Part shown: one piece after another, positions 50,400 to 63,477 of the stretch | How positions within the stretch are numbered: the stretch's first letter is position 1 | How the letters are laid out: each line of letters starts with the position of its first letter | Source of the DNA: Mobula hypostoma | Taxonomy: Eukaryota | Assembly (NCBI RefSeq): GCF_963921235.1 | Contig: NC_086125.1 | Span: forward strand, 10,540,001-10,604,000 | Length of the DNA: 64,000 nucleotides | Direction of reading: 5' to 3' | The notes under the pieces: generated by a model | Databases searched by the model: none | What the model saw: only the letters and a program-made list of their open reading frames with translations | Told to the model about the DNA's origin: nothing | Program-made: the position numbers and the translations under genes

Positions 50400-50604
50400 C
50401 CTGGTATGTGTCGAGCTGCAGAAAGTCCCTGTGAGAGGCCGTCGGCACTTTAAACTGGAGATGAGAGGAGAACCACGGGGAAGGACTCGCCCGCCCTGGG
50501 AAATGGGTGAAGAGTGATTTGCCTCGCTCGCCCTGCTCTGCGGTTATACCCTCTCACCTTGCTCCTCCTGACGTCAGGCTTCTGCTCACTGTCTGGAGGT
50601 AAGA
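50400..50604 (+). promoter_or_regulatory. Candidate paralemmin promoter or non-coding first exon with a CRE palindrome
   Basis: Non-repetitive, mildly CpG-rich; CCTGACGTCAGG at 50567-50578; donor GAG|GTAAGA after 50598. Confidence 0.4.
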
Positions 50605-50903
50605 CTAGAATACTTATCGGATTGTCTCCGAACCTTGATTTAGCCCAGCCTGTGAGTGAAGACCGAGATGGGACAGTGTGGCTGTGGGGCCTCCCCAGGG
50701 TGGAGAAGAGTGGCAGGCGCATCATGTTTTAAATGTTCCAGGCAGCGAGCATTTGTGTAAGTGACGATGGAAAACCAGTGGGAAGGATAAGATTGGAGGT
50801 TCATTCATCTGATAATTTATCTTAATTGTGTTTTTATACTAGCAACACACATAAAAATTGCTGGTGAATGCAGCAGGCCAGGCAGCATCTCTAGGAAGAC
50901 GTG

Positions 50904-50941
50904 CAGTCGACGTTTCAGGCCGAGACCCTTCGTCAGGACTA
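50904..50941 (-). ncRNA. Minimal type I hammerhead ribozyme motif (Penelope-associated)
   Basis: Reverse complement is identical to the 48932-48969 motif. Confidence 0.75.
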
Positions 50942-51184
50942 ACTCCAGGAATTGAACAGGAGAAGCAGAGGGCAGCCTTTTCTGTGTCAGAACTGACTGT
51001 GTCTGCTGTAAGTCATTCATCTGTAATATTGCCTCAGTTTTGCTCTCAACCTGACCCCCAGGTTATGTCCTACATCCCTGCTTTCCACAAGTTTTCCTGC
51101 CCTACTGTTTACATTCTCACTAACTGGTCTCACTTCAGCTTTTGTGCTCTATTCCTGTCGCTAACTATCCCAATTAAATTGTCT

Positions 51185-52138
51185 AAGTTCAAGGTAAATT
51201 TGTTATCAAAGTACATATCTGTCTCCATATACACCCATGAGATTCGTTTTCTTCAGGGCATACACAGTAAATCCAAGAAACACAGCAGAATTAAGAAAGA
51301 CCGCACCATATAGTTGGGACAAACAACCGATATGAGAAGGGCAACAAACCACGAAAATGTGAAAATACAAAATGAGAGAAAAGTACAGTGATAAATAAAT
51401 AAGCAAGACATATATAGAACATGAGACGGAGAGTCCTTGAAGGTGAGTCCATAGGTTGTGGCAAGTGAGTGAAGTTATCCCCACAATTCCAAGAGCCTGA
51501 TGGTTGAGGGGTAATGACTGCTCCTGAACCTGGCGGTGTGAGTCCTGAGGCTCCTGTACCTTCCTTCTGATGGTGGCAGCAAGAGGAGAGCAAGTCCTGG
51601 GTGATGGGGTCCCTGTTGATGGATGCTCCATGTAGATGTGTTCAATGGTGGGGAGGGCTTTACCTGTGATGGACTAGGCTGTATCCACTACTTCTTAGAG
51701 GATTTTTCATTTAAGGATATTGGTGTTTCCATACCAGGTTGTGATGCAGCCAATCAATATACTTGAGCCTTGGGACTCGTACCACCAGGTTCAGGAAAAG
51801 TTATTACCCTTCAACCATTAGGTTCTTGAACCAAAGGGAATAATTTCACTCAACTTCACTTGCCCCATCATTGAAATGTTCCCATAATCAGCGGACTCAC
51901 TTTCAAGGACTCTTCATCTCATGTTGTCGATATTTATTGTTATTGTTTCTTCTTTTTATATTTGCACAGTTTCTTGCCTTCTGCACTTTGCTTGAAATTT
52001 CTAGTTGGTATGATCTTTCATTGATTCTGTTATGATTGTTATTCTGTAGATTTGCTGAATATGCCCACAAGGAAATGAATCTCAGGCTTGTATATGGTGA
52101 CATAGATGTACTTTAATAAGTGTACTTAGAACTTTGAA
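51185..52138. mobile_element. Inverted pair of Rex1/Babar-type 3' ends
   Basis: Minus copy 51185-51760 and plus copy 51765-52138 share LPLNHQAL-type text and an AACTT-repeat tail. Confidence 0.65.
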
Positions 52139-52364
52139 ATCTATCAGAGATATTTCCCCTTACACAACCCTTCCATTGTTCTCTCTATAACTTAAAACTA
52201 TTGTTAATCTCTTTTTCCTAGTTCTAAAGAAAGATCTCCAACCTGAGACATTAACTCTGTATTTCTTTCTGCAGATGCTGTCTGACCTGCCGGTTGTTTC
52301 CAGTATTTACTGTTTTTATTTCAGATTTGCCGCATCTGTAGCTTTGTTAATGTTTGCTCCTGCA

Positions 52365-53140
52365 GTCATAGTCGTAGTCATACTTTACTGATCCCGGGGG
52401 AAATTGGTTTTCGTTACAGTTGCACCATAAATAATTATGTAGTAATAAAACCATAAATAATTAAATAGTAATATGTGAATTATGCCAGGAAATAAGTCCA
52501 GGACCAGCCTATTGGCTCAGGGTGTCTGACCCTCCAAGGGAGGAGTTGTAAAGTTTGATGGCCACAGGCAGGAATGACTTCCTATGACACTCTGTGTTGC
52601 ATCTCGGTGGAATGAGTCTCTGGCTGAATGTACTCCTGTGCCCAACCAGTACATTATGTAGTGGATGGGAAACATTGTCCAAGATGGCATGCAACTTGGA
52701 CAGCATCCTCTTTTCAGACACCACCGTCAGAGAGCCCAGTTCCATCCCCACAACATCACTGGCCTTATGAATGAGTTTGTTGATTCTGTTGGTGTCTGCT
52801 ACCCTCAGCCTGCTGCCCCAGCACACAACAGCAAACATGATCGCACTGGCCACCACAGACTCGTAGAACATCCTCAGCATCGTCCGGCAGATGTTAAAGG
52901 ACCTCAGTCTCCTCAGGAAATAGAGACGGCTCTGACCCTTCTTGTAGACAGCCTCAGTGTTCTTTGACCAGTCCAGTTTATTGTCAATTCGTATCCCCCG
53001 GTATTTGTAATCCTCCACCATGTCCACACTGACCCCCTGGATGGAAACAGGGGTCACCAGTACCTTAGCTCTCCTCAGGTCTACTACCAGCTCCTTAGTC
53101 TTTTTCACATTAAGCTGCAAATAATTCTGTTCACACCATG
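52365..53140 (-). mobile_element. Rex1/Babar LINE 3' fragment
   Basis: WCEQNYLQLNVKKTKELVVDLRR, GQSRLYFLRRLRSF, SFLPVAIKLYN. Confidence 0.9.
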
Positions 53141-53780
53141 TGACAATGTTTCCTACTGTGTGAGGTAAAGTGTCCATTCTTACCTGGGATGAAGTGCTGA
53201 TGTGATTCTGAGGTGTTCCTCACGTAGGATGTGGAGGGCCTTAATTTCTGGAGACCCTTGTTAACAGGTGCCCACCTCTGCTGGCACAGCCCAGTCAGCC
53301 ATTCAGGGCCATTGCAGGCCTTTCCCATTACTCAAATCAGGACATACTCAATCTGCCCCACTGGCTGAAGAGACACCCTCACCTGGTGTTTTGTACAGCA
53401 AAGTTTGGGTTTCTCATAGAAATCTGCAACTTTAATTTGATCAGAATCAGGGTTAATATTACTGGCTTATGTTGTGAAATTTCATGCAGAAATGCATCCA
53501 GTCAGACCAAAATTCATAGGGCCAGACACATAAATATTGTACAATGACTGCTTTGGAATACTTGTCTCACTCTGCCTTGTGAGAAACCAGCCTGAGTCTC
53601 TATATGGCATCTTTGCATGATCATAACTCATTTTTACAAAGTGGCTTGCTACTTTTCATGAAGAGGCAACCTCCGCCAAGTCTCATTGGCACAGCGGGCA
53701 AGAACGGTGGGTGAAGAACTTCACTGCAATCTGAAAAACAACCAAGCATCTTTAACCATTGCTTACTACATTTGTTTTAG

Positions 53781-53832
53781 GGTCACAATGACAGACACGG
53801 AGCTACTGAAACAAAAAATTCAGGCGATAACG
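53781..53832 (+). CDS. PALM3: Paralemmin exon (52 nt; ATG at 53788)
   Basis: tttgttttag| acceptor, ACG|GTGAGT donor; encodes ELLKQKIQAIT, like paralemmin EL.K.RLQAI. Confidence 0.82.
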
Positions 53833-56800
53833 GTGAGTGGCGAAGAGGAATGTAGTAGTGTTAGACTAGAAAATGATTGCATAGCAAAGATGTTTCTGTA
53901 ACAGTCGAAAATATGATTGAAGAGGACTGGTTTTACTGAGTAAATGATGCTTACTGGGTACCCACAGGAGCCCTCTGAATGAGTCCATTGTCTGTGTGGG
54001 GTCATGCTCTCTACTGGGATTGCTGTGTAACCTGTACTCACTGTCTTCCCCTGGGGCTGGGTCATTGTATTTACACTGGTGTCAAGCTTTATACTGAAGT
54101 CTGGATTTACACAGAGTGCAAGGTTTGTGCTGGATGCAGAATTTACTCTGGGTTCAGGGTTTACACTGGGGGTGGGGTTTACACTGGAGTCAGAATTTAT
54201 ACTGGGGTCAAGGTTTACACTGGGTTCGGAGCTTACATTGGGGTCGGGGTTTACTCTGGGGTCGGGGTTTACACTGGGCTCGGAGCTTACACTGGGTTCA
54301 GAGTTTACACTGGGGTCACGGTTTACACTGGAGCCAGCATGTCCATTGATGCCCACATGACATCTGTGTTACAAGCCATTGGGTAATGGAAGTTTGTACT
54401 TTTAGAAATTATAAATCACTACCGTAGCAAAAAATTTGGGCAGCACACTCAAAATGTTGGAGGAACTCAGCAGGTCAGGTAGCATCTATGACGAGGAATA
54501 AACAGTCAACATTTTGGGCTGGGACCCTTCATCGGGACTGGATAGGAAGAGGGAAGAAGCCAGATTGTGGGGGAGGATAATGAGTACAAGGTGGTAGGTG
54601 ATGGGTGAAACCAAATGAGGGGCAAAGAGGGAGCAGCCAGAGTGTGGGTGGAGGAGGGTGCTGGGAGGTGATAGTACCTCTGCCTGCTCACGCCCCAGTG
54701 AACACCTGTCTGTATACCTTGTTCACTTTTCCCCCTCACCCTTGGTTCAGTCCCTTTCCAGCTAGATCCGTGGTGACACTTGACACACTCTCAATCACTT
54801 CAGTGAGTTTCCTAGCTTTGATCATCCATTCTCTATGTACTTATATCCCCCATTGGAAAGGCCTTAAAGCTCTCCACTTCTTTCTGTGCAACAGATCTAA
54901 CCAGTTCCCCTCCAACACCACCCGCTTCCATCTGGCAGAAATAGTCCTCACCCTCACCAATTTCTCTTTCGGATCCTCTCATTTTCTTCAACTTCAATGT
55001 GTAGTGGGTCCCAGCTACGCCTGCCTTTTGTCAGCTCTGTGGAACAGTCCATGTTCCAACTCTTTCTACACTACATTGGTGTTGCTTCTTGCACCCATAC
55101 TGAGATCATCAATTCCATCATCTTTGCTTCCAATTTTTGCCCTGCCCTCAAATTTACTCGGTCTATCTCTGGAGACAGATACTTACTGATATCTTTTATA
55201 AACTTACTGACTCTCACTGCAATCTTGACTATAGCTCTTCCCATCCTGTCACTTGTAAAACTGTCTTCCCTTTTCTCAGTTCCTCTGTCTCTGCCACATC
55301 TCTTCTCAGAATGAGGCTTTTCGTTCTCTAACATTGGAGATGTCTTCCTTCTTTATAGAACAGGATTTCCTCCCATTGCCGTTAATGCTGCCCTCACCCA
55401 TGACTCCTCCATTTTGTGGACATCTGCTCTCACCTCATTTTTTACGCTGCTACAACAGGGATAGTGTCTTCCTTGTCCTTATCTACCACCCCACAAGCCT
55501 TCAAATCCAACACGTAATACTCCATAACTTCCACCATCTTCAACATGCTTCAGAAAATTGTAATAAGACCTGTTTTGCAGGAACATAACCCCCCCCCCAA
55601 CCCCCGGTAACTCTAGAGTTGCCTTTATCAGGGATCGCTTTGGGGTCAAAACTTACAATGGCGTCACAGTTTGTCATAATTAATCCCGGGGGAAATTGGT
55701 TTTCGTTAAAACCAATTTGCACCGGTGTTTCTGATTAAACGCACTGCGGGTGAATGTCTTGCACCTCCTTTCTCTTTCCTGTTTCTCCAGCTTTGTTGCA
55801 ATATGGGACAAGTTCAAACGTTATTCCTTGATACTGGAAAAGGGCCCTCCAAGAGGACCACAACCTTGGGTTTGGAGGCTTGCGTGCCTCAGTGACCCGG
55901 AGAGCTATGATTGCTGAAGTCAAGGCTTTATGCTTTGCCTCGTGGGTGGGTCACCCATGCCAAACAGGTCAAAGGGTAGAGGCCAGACCAAGGGTAGTCC
56001 ACCGGTCCTCCACGTTTTGGGGGTTCATCTCAGGACTTACAACCCTGACCGGTAAGATCAAACAATGAAGAACCCTTTTAAATCTGAGTGCGACGGTATT
56101 CCTGAGTGTCCACCCAGAACTTGCATGACTGACAGTAGTGAAAACTGAGAGGAAGCTACCAACATGGTGAAGGAAGCCCTGAACACGGCCAGTGATGGAG
56201 GGCCTTCATCGCTGCCCTAAATGCCAGTGGTGTAGCGGGCAGTAAGAAGAAGGCTGGAAAGGGATTTGAAAGTGCATTTTGGTTAAAGCAATGGCTTTAA
56301 AGGAAAGGGCAATCTAGTGACAGGAATAATGGTTTCTAGTTGCCCACAGCCATTGCATCTTCAATCTAGCTTTCTTCTGACTGAAATGTCTCTCTGTATA
56401 GAATGGTAACTCAAGATGCAGGAAACAAAATCGAAATGCAACGGTTGTGATTTTCATCTTGCAGTCTGCACCATCACTGGCCCTCTCCAGCTTTTACTTT
56501 CCTTTAATCTGACCTATTGATTTAAATGCCTAGCTTCTTAGGAGATACTGGCTAATTATTAACTGGTCAAAGGCTTTCTTCCAAAATGTCTACTTAATTT
56601 TGCCCTGGTGTGCTTCTGAGTCATCGAGTACCTTCGGTCTGTCTGCCCCAAAAAGCGGGATTCCCAGTGGCCACCCGTTCCAATTCTCCTTCCCATTCCC
56701 CTTCCCATTCCCATTCTGACATGTCAGTCCCTTGGCTTACTCTACTGCCACGATAAGGCCACACTCAGGTTGGAGGAGCAACACCTTGTATTCCATCTGG

Positions 56801-59800
56801 GTAGCCTCCAACCTGATGACATGAACATCGATTTCTCAAAGTTCTGGTAATTACCTCCTCTCCTTCATCATTCCCCATCCCCTTTTCTCTCTCTCATCTT
56901 GTCTCCTTGCCTGCCCATCAGCTCCCTTTAGTGCTCCTCCTCTTTCTGCCATGATCTTCTGTCCTCTATCAGATCCTCCTTCTCCAGCCCTTTATCTCTT
57001 TCACCAATCACTTTCCCAGATCTTTACTGCACCCCCTCTGCTTTTCCCGGTCTCACCCATCACCTGCCACCTTGTACCTCTTCCTCCCCCACCCCCCCAC
57101 CCACCTTTTTATTCTGGCATCTTCTCCATTTCTATTCAGTCCTGATGAAGGATCTCGGCCCGAAACGTCAACAGTTTACTCTTTTCCACATGTGCTGCCT
57201 GGCCTGTTGAGTTCCCCCAGAATTTTGCGTGTGTTGCCTTGGATTTCTAGCACCTGAAGATTTTCTCGTGTTTCTGCTTGGTTTAACATTTCATACGACC
57301 AAAAGCACAATGCGATAAACCCTTCAAATAAAAGTCTGCTTCAAAAAGTCTGACTTATTTTGTTCAGCAAGAAAGAAAGGTCCAGGAAAAGATTGAAGCC
57401 ATGAAGAGGGAGCTGGAAGTGGAGAGACTCCTGCTGAGGCAGATGAAGGTATGTATCACAAATAAAAGGGATTTGTTCAGCTGTCAGAAGGAATTGGTTC
57501 TCAATATCTAATCTATATTTCAGAGGCGATCGTTGCGGGAGAGATGGCTTCTGGAAGGATCAATGAGTTCTCCAACAGAATCAGAGATCCCTGAATGGTT
57601 TGATGTGAGCCGCAGGCTATCAGAGGCACTGACCCTGCAGCAGAGCATTAACAGGCAAGATTGTTTCAGCTTGTCTAGTGTTGCTTGTCTGCATCTAATG
57701 TCTCTGTGACAGAAATATCTGAAAACCTCTCCACCAAAACCTCTTCTCGCTCTTAACATGGCCCAGCTCTGAGCGCTTTCTAAAACTTGTCCTTAGCAGT
57801 TTAATGTGGATAAATGTGAGGTTATCCACTTTGGTGGCAAGAACAGGAAGGCAGATTACTATCTGAATGGTGTCAAGTTAGGAAAAGGGGAAGTATAATG
57901 AGATCTAGGTGTCCTTGTTCGTCAGTCACTGAAAGTAAGCATGCAGGTACAGCAGGCAGTGAAGAAAGCTAATGGCATGCTGGCCTTCATAACAAGGGTA
58001 ATTGAGTATAGGAGCAAAGAGGTCCTTCTGCAGCTGTACAGGGCCCTGGTGAGACCACACCTGGAATATTGTGTACAGTTTTGGTCTCCAAATTTGAGGA
58101 AGGACATTCTTGCTATTGAGGGAGAGCGTAGGTTCATGAGGTTAATTCCCAGGATGGCGAGACTGTCATATGTTGAAAGATTGGAGCAACTGGGGTTGTA
58201 TATTAGGAATTTAGAAGGATGAGAGGGGATCTGATTGAAACATATAAGATTATTAAGGGATTGGACACGCAAGAGGCAGGAAACATGTTCCCGATGTTGG
58301 GGGAGTCCAGAACCAGAGGCCACAGTTTAAGAATAAGGGGTAGACAATTTAGGACAGAGTTGAGGAAGAACTTTTTCACACAGAGGGTTGTGGTTCTGTG
58401 GAATGCTCTGCCTCAGAAGACAGTGGAGGCCAATTCTCTGGATTCTTTCAAAAAAGAGTTAGATAGAGCTCTTAAAGATATGGGGAGAAGGCAGGAAAAG
58501 GGTACTGATTGTGGATGATCAGCCATGATCACAGTGAATGGTGGTGCTGGCTCGAAGGGCTGAATGGCCTACTCCTGCACCTATTGTCTATTGTCTATTG
58601 TCTAATACACAACATCGTCGTATCCTATTGTCTAAGACAACCAATACAGACGAGCATATTCATCGGGAGTTGGGATACACAGTGGTGCAGCTCGTAGAGT
58701 CACTGCCTCACACCTACAGAGACACAGATCAATTCTGACTTCTGTGCAGAATTTGCATGTTCTCCTGGTAACTGTGTGAGCTCTCCTCTACCCCTCCTGG
58801 ATGCTCTAGTTTCTTTGCACATCCTGAAGATATTCAAGTCAATTGGCCACTGCACCGTGCCCCTGGTGTGTGAGTGACTGGTGAAGTGGAGAGGTGATAG
58901 AAGTGTGGGGAGAATTCAGTGGAGTTAATATATGATAATGTAAAATGGGTGCTTGATGGTCAGCACTAACCTGATGGGCTAAATGGCCTGTTTGCATGCT
59001 GTATGACTCAATGACTTATTTGAGGAATTCTTGGAGTTATAAAATTACACATTGCTTTGTCGGACATTCCATAAGGCCATAAAAACATAGAAGCAGAATT
59101 AGGCCATTCGGCCCGTCGAGTCTGCTCCACCTTTCCGTCATGGCTGATTTATTATCCCTCTCAACCCCATTCTCTTGCCTTCTCCCCATAACCTGTGATG
59201 CCTATCAACCTCCAGTTTAAATGATTTGGCCCCCACATTGTCCTGTGGCTATGAATTCCACAGATTCACTACCCTCTGGCTAAAGAAACTCTTCCTTATC
59301 TCCATTCTAAATGGACTTCATCTTGGATAAGGCTCAGAACTACTCACAGTACCCTGTGTGGTCTGACCAATGACTTATGGAGCCTCAGCATTACATCCTT
59401 GCCTTTATATTCGAGTCCTTGTGAATTGATTGCTAACATCGCATTTTCATTCCTCACTACCAACTCAACCTGCAAGCTACCCTTTAGGAAATCTTGCACG
59501 AGGGCCCCCAAGTCCCTTTGCAGCTCAGATTTTTAAGAACATAAGAACATAAGAAATAGGAGCAGGAGTAGGCCATCTGGCCCATCGAGCCTGCCCTGCC
59601 ATTCAATAAGGTTATGGTTGATCTGTCCGTAAACTCAGCTCCATTGACCTGCCTTTTCCCCATAACCCTTAATTCCCCTACTATGTAAAAACCTCTCTAA
59701 CTGTTTCTTAAATATATTTAGTGAGGAAGCCTCAACTGCTTCCCTGGGCAGAGAATTCCACAGATTCACCACTCCCTGGGAAAAACAGTTTCTCCTCATC

Positions 59801-62800
59801 TCCATCCTAAATCTTCTCCCCTGAATCTTGAGGCAATGTCCTCTAGTTCTAGTCTCACCTATGAATGGAAACAACTTTCCTACTTCTATCTTATATATCC
59901 CTTTCAAAACTTTGTATGTTTCCTTAAGATGCCCTCTCATTCTTCTGAACTTCGAAGAGTGTAGTCCCAGGTGACTCAACCGCTCCTCATAGGTTAACCC
60001 CTTCATCTCTGGAATCAACCTGGTGAACCTCCTCTGCACTGCCTCCAAAGCCAGTATATCCTTCCTCAAGTATGGAGACCAGAACTGCACACAGTACCCC
60101 AGGTGTGGCCTCACCAGTACCCTGTATAGTTGCAGCATGACCTCCCTGCTCTTGAATTCAATCCCTCCAGCAATGAAGGCCAACATTCCGTTTGCCTTCT
60201 TAATAACCTGTTGTACCTGCAAGCCAACTTTTTGTGATTCATGAACAAGCACTCCCAAGTCCCTCTGCACGACAGCATGCTGCAATCTTTCACCATTTAA
60301 ATAATAACTTGCTCTTCTATTATTCTTTCCAAAGTGGATGATCTCTCATTTACCAACGTGGTACTCCATCTGCCAGACCTTGGCCCACTCACTTAACCTA
60401 TCTATATCCCTCTGTAGACTCTCCACATCCTCTGTACAATTTGTTTTTCCACTCAGTTCAGTGTCGTCAGCAAATTTTGGTATGCTACACTCAGTCCCTT
60501 CTTCCAAATCATCGATGTAAATGGTAAACAGCTGTGGGCCCAGCACCGACCCCTGCAGCACCCCACTCACCACTGACTGCCAACCGGAGAAACACCCATT
60601 TATACCAACTCTCTGCCTTCTATCCGTTAACCAATTCACTATCGATGCCAATACACTTCCTCCGACTCCATGAATCTGTATCTTATTTATAGGTCTCTTT
60701 TCCAAACTTTTTATTAATTTTCAAGATTATAAACATAACAACAGTATTAATGAACTGAGATTGGGATTACATTATTAATAATTGACATTGCAAATATAGT
60801 CTCTTGTGCGGCACCTTATCGAATGCCTTCTGGAAATCCAAGTTTATGACATCCACCTGTTCCCCTCTAGCCACTGCACCCATGTCCTCAAAGAACTCCA
60901 GTAAGTTTGTCAAAGAGGACCTGCCTTTCTGAATCCATGCTGCGTCTGTCTAACGGAACCAGTCCTTTCAAAATGTTTCGCTATTTCTTCCTTAATGACA
61001 GCTTCAAGCATTTTCCTGACTACAGATGTTCAGTTAACTGGCCCATAGTTGTCCGTCTTTTGCCGTCATCCTTTTTAAAAAAGTGTCGTGACACTTGCTG
61101 TCTTCCAATCCGCCGGGACCTGCCTGGAGTTTTCTTCCTGTTAGAAAATAATCTACACCTCTATTCCTTCAACCAAAGTGCAGGACCATACACCTCTCTA
61201 GACTATATTCCACCTGCCACTTCTTTGCCCATTCTCCCAATCCATCTCAGTCCTTCTGCAGTCTCCCTGCTCCCTCAACATCACCTGCCCTTCAGCCTAT
61301 TTTTGCATCAGTCCTGTATCCACCAGCTACCAGCTATGCGTTTGACTCTGGATGACGTTCTGATCATAGGAAGAGGCTACACTTAATACCTGACCCTTTC
61401 CCTTAGGCAAATACTCCTCAGCTACTGTGGCAGGTCTCAATGTATTCCATCACAAATCAACTTTTGCTCATCAAATGACCTAAAATGCTGACCCAGGAAA
61501 CTGCTTGGATGAGGAGCAAAAGAAAAAGCAGCTTGTTTTTTTCCCCCCACTCTAAATTGCACAAAGGACTGTGAGAGTGGCTGAGAGGATCATAGGGGTC
61601 TCCCTACCATTTACTGGGGACCTGTATCAGGAGCACTGCATATGCAGGTCCCTTAGTATTATCAAGGATCCCACCCTTCCATCCAGCATCCTCTTTGGCT
61701 TTCTACCATCCAGCAGGAGACTATGAAACATAAAGACAAGATCGGTCAGGATGGGAAATAATTTCTTCCCCCAGGCTTCTGAACTCTTTGCTGCATCGCA
61801 TTTGAAGTGTCACTGGTTAGTCTGTTCCGAACCCCACAATATTTAATTTATCCGCTTTATTTATGTGTAGTTCATCTGTAGATTTAATTCTTACTCCTAA
61901 ATTATTGCATGTTATATGTGTGTTATGTGTACTACTGTGCTTTGCACCCTGGTTGTCTCGTTTGACGGTATACGTGTATATAGTTAAATGTCAATAAACT
62001 TTTCTGCCTGTCCGTTCTGGGCGCAGGAGGAGTCAGTGTACTATGTGGGAGGTCGCAGCCCCTCTTTGAGTTTCTCAAGGGGCTGCTACCGAGGTTGTGA
62101 CTGAACTTTAATCCTGCGCTCCTCATGTACGGGCACCCAGTTCAGAACGGGGCGGGGCGTGAGGAGGATCTCCTGGTGGGCTTGCTCCTGGGCCTGGCCA
62201 AGATCGCCACTCACGGGTCTAGGCAGGGGATGGTGGCGGGCACTGCCGGGGCTGACTGCCTGCCCCTTTTCCGAGGATACATTCGTGTCCGGCTGTCCTT
62301 GGAGAGGGAGCATGTGGTCACAATGGGTACACTGGGGAACTTCCGGGAGTGGTGGGCCCCCCTTGGGGTACTGACTGTTTCATAGACGGTAGCAACCATA
62401 TTTTAATCTGAGTATACTTACTGTCTTGTAAATATTGAATGTCTGTACCTTGTGTATATGTGATGTAAATAAACTTCTATAGTTTTGTAAAAAAATAAAC
62501 TTGCCTTGTTTACCCTGAGAAAGTAGAGAAACCCACCTTTTAGTTAATGTTCCATTTAATGCTAAGTAGGACTGTTTACTTGCACAGCGAAGGAGAGAGT
62601 GACAGGTTTCAAGAGGAGACAAAGCCAGTAAAATGGGCAAAGATGAGAACAGAAGGAATTCAGTGAAGAAAAATGTGGGCTAGAACATATTGATAGAAAA
62701 GAGGCAAGATAATGTTCAAACTAAATATGCGACACTTTTAAATGCCGGCTAAAACCTATTTATTTAACTTTGCTTTTAACTCACACCTTTTTAACTTCTA

Positions 62801-63429
62801 TCGTTTTGTCTTTTATTTTCACGTTTGCACTTTATCCCATGGGAAAGCGTTTTGAACTACTTTATATGAAAAGTGCTTTATAAATAAATTATTGTTATTA
62901 TTATTCCCCAAGCTGAAGCCACCCTCAGGGTGGAAGAGCAACACCTTATATAGGTCATAGGTTAAAGGGGTGAAATATTTAAGGGGAACTTTTTAACTCG
63001 GAGAGGGTGGAGAAAGTGTGGAACGAGCTTCTGGCGGATGCAGGTTTGATTTCAACATTGATGAGAAATTTGGGTAATTGCATGAGGATGAGTATGGGGT
63101 GCAGGTTGATGGGACTAGGCAAAATAACAGTTCAGCATGGACTAGATGGGCCGAAGGGCCTGTTTCTGTGCTGTAGCGACAGGGTTAGTGCTCAATAGGT
63201 ACAGGGTAAACAGGGTTTCTCTCAATCTTCCATCAAGTTTAAGGAAATTAATTGGGGGAAGCTCAAACGAGATCTCCGGTGATAGGAAAGGGAAAGAACG
63301 TTTTCATATCGTGCTTCTGACTCTCAGCATTTTCACAGACGTCAGCTGGAAATTGAACGCTTGGAGCTGACCGCTCAGCCGAGCACCGCACCGGAACCCT
63401 CAGCCTCACTCCCAGGGGATGAAGTTCAG
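53788..63429 (+). CDS. PALM3: Paralemmin family gene, probably paralemmin-3; 5' part only (4 coding exons, continues beyond window)
   Basis: The spliced product MTDTELLKQKIQAIT|QERKVQEKIEAMKRELEVERLLLRQMK|RRSLRERWLLEG...QQSINR|RQLEIERLE... matches the paralemmin N-terminal coiled coil and (K/R)(A/S)LRE(R/K)WLL(E/D)G motif. The PALM3 paralog is inferred from R.SLRERWL and linkage to PLPPR2. Confidence 0.8.
54070..54335 (+). repeat. 18 bp minisatellite, about 14 copies, in a paralemmin intron
   Basis: Unit TTTACACTGGGGTCGGGG-like; translates as GFTLGS repeats. Confidence 0.9.
54443..57270 (+). mobile_element. Degraded Penelope-like retroelement with inverted 5' terminal repeat, interrupted by other sequence
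   Basis: Inverted tail 54443-54660; RT-like SLCTYIPHWKGLKALHFFL...AEIVLTLTNFSF...GPSYACL at 54780-55540; GIY-YIG end and tail at 56620-57270. Confidence 0.75.
57137..57175 (+). ncRNA. Hammerhead ribozyme motif, core intact, stems degenerate
   Basis: CAGTC-CTGATGA-A-GGATCTCGGCCC-GAAA-CGTC-AACAG at the 3' end of a Penelope remnant. Confidence 0.5.
57368..57448 (+). CDS. PALM3: Paralemmin exon (81 nt, coiled coil)
   Basis: ttttgttcag| acceptor, AAG|GTATGT donor, phase 0-0. Confidence 0.88.
57524..57654 (+). CDS. PALM3: Paralemmin exon (131 nt, RRSLRERWLLEG motif) ending at a GC donor
   Basis: atttcag| acceptor after a 75 nt intron; phase-2 donor AG|GCAAGA keeps the frame into 63339. Confidence 0.85.
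57797..58605 (+). mobile_element. CR1 LINE 3' fragment
   Basis: LYRALVRPHLEYCVQFWSP; (CTATTGT)n tail. Confidence 0.92.
59075..61125 (-). mobile_element. CR1 LINE fragments (two adjacent copies, RT region)
   Basis: SGVLQGSVLGPQLFTIYIDDL, FADDT, LYRVLVRPHLGYCVQFWSP; AAGAACAT repeat tail at about 59535. Confidence 0.9.
62005..62500 (+). mobile_element. L1/Tx1-like LINE 3' end
   Basis: CPF..AGGVS.. zinc-knuckle-like start, LLLGLAKIA, FREWWAP, AATAAA-rich end. Confidence 0.55.
63339..63429 (+). CDS. PALM3: Paralemmin exon (91 nt, RQLEIERLELTAQPSTAPEPSASLPGDEVQ)
   Basis: ttttcacag| acceptor, CAG|GTAAAT donor; similar to paralemmin LEKEIE.LE. Confidence 0.75.
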
Positions 63430-63477
63430 GTAAATGATTCCGTTTGTTATTCAAGTTGTGAATGTTAGGGCATCAAG

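Noticed and set aside
53820-54386. Repetitive ORFs (VNPDPS / GFTLGS)
   Set aside because: This is an 18 bp intronic minisatellite lying after a clear splice donor at 53833.
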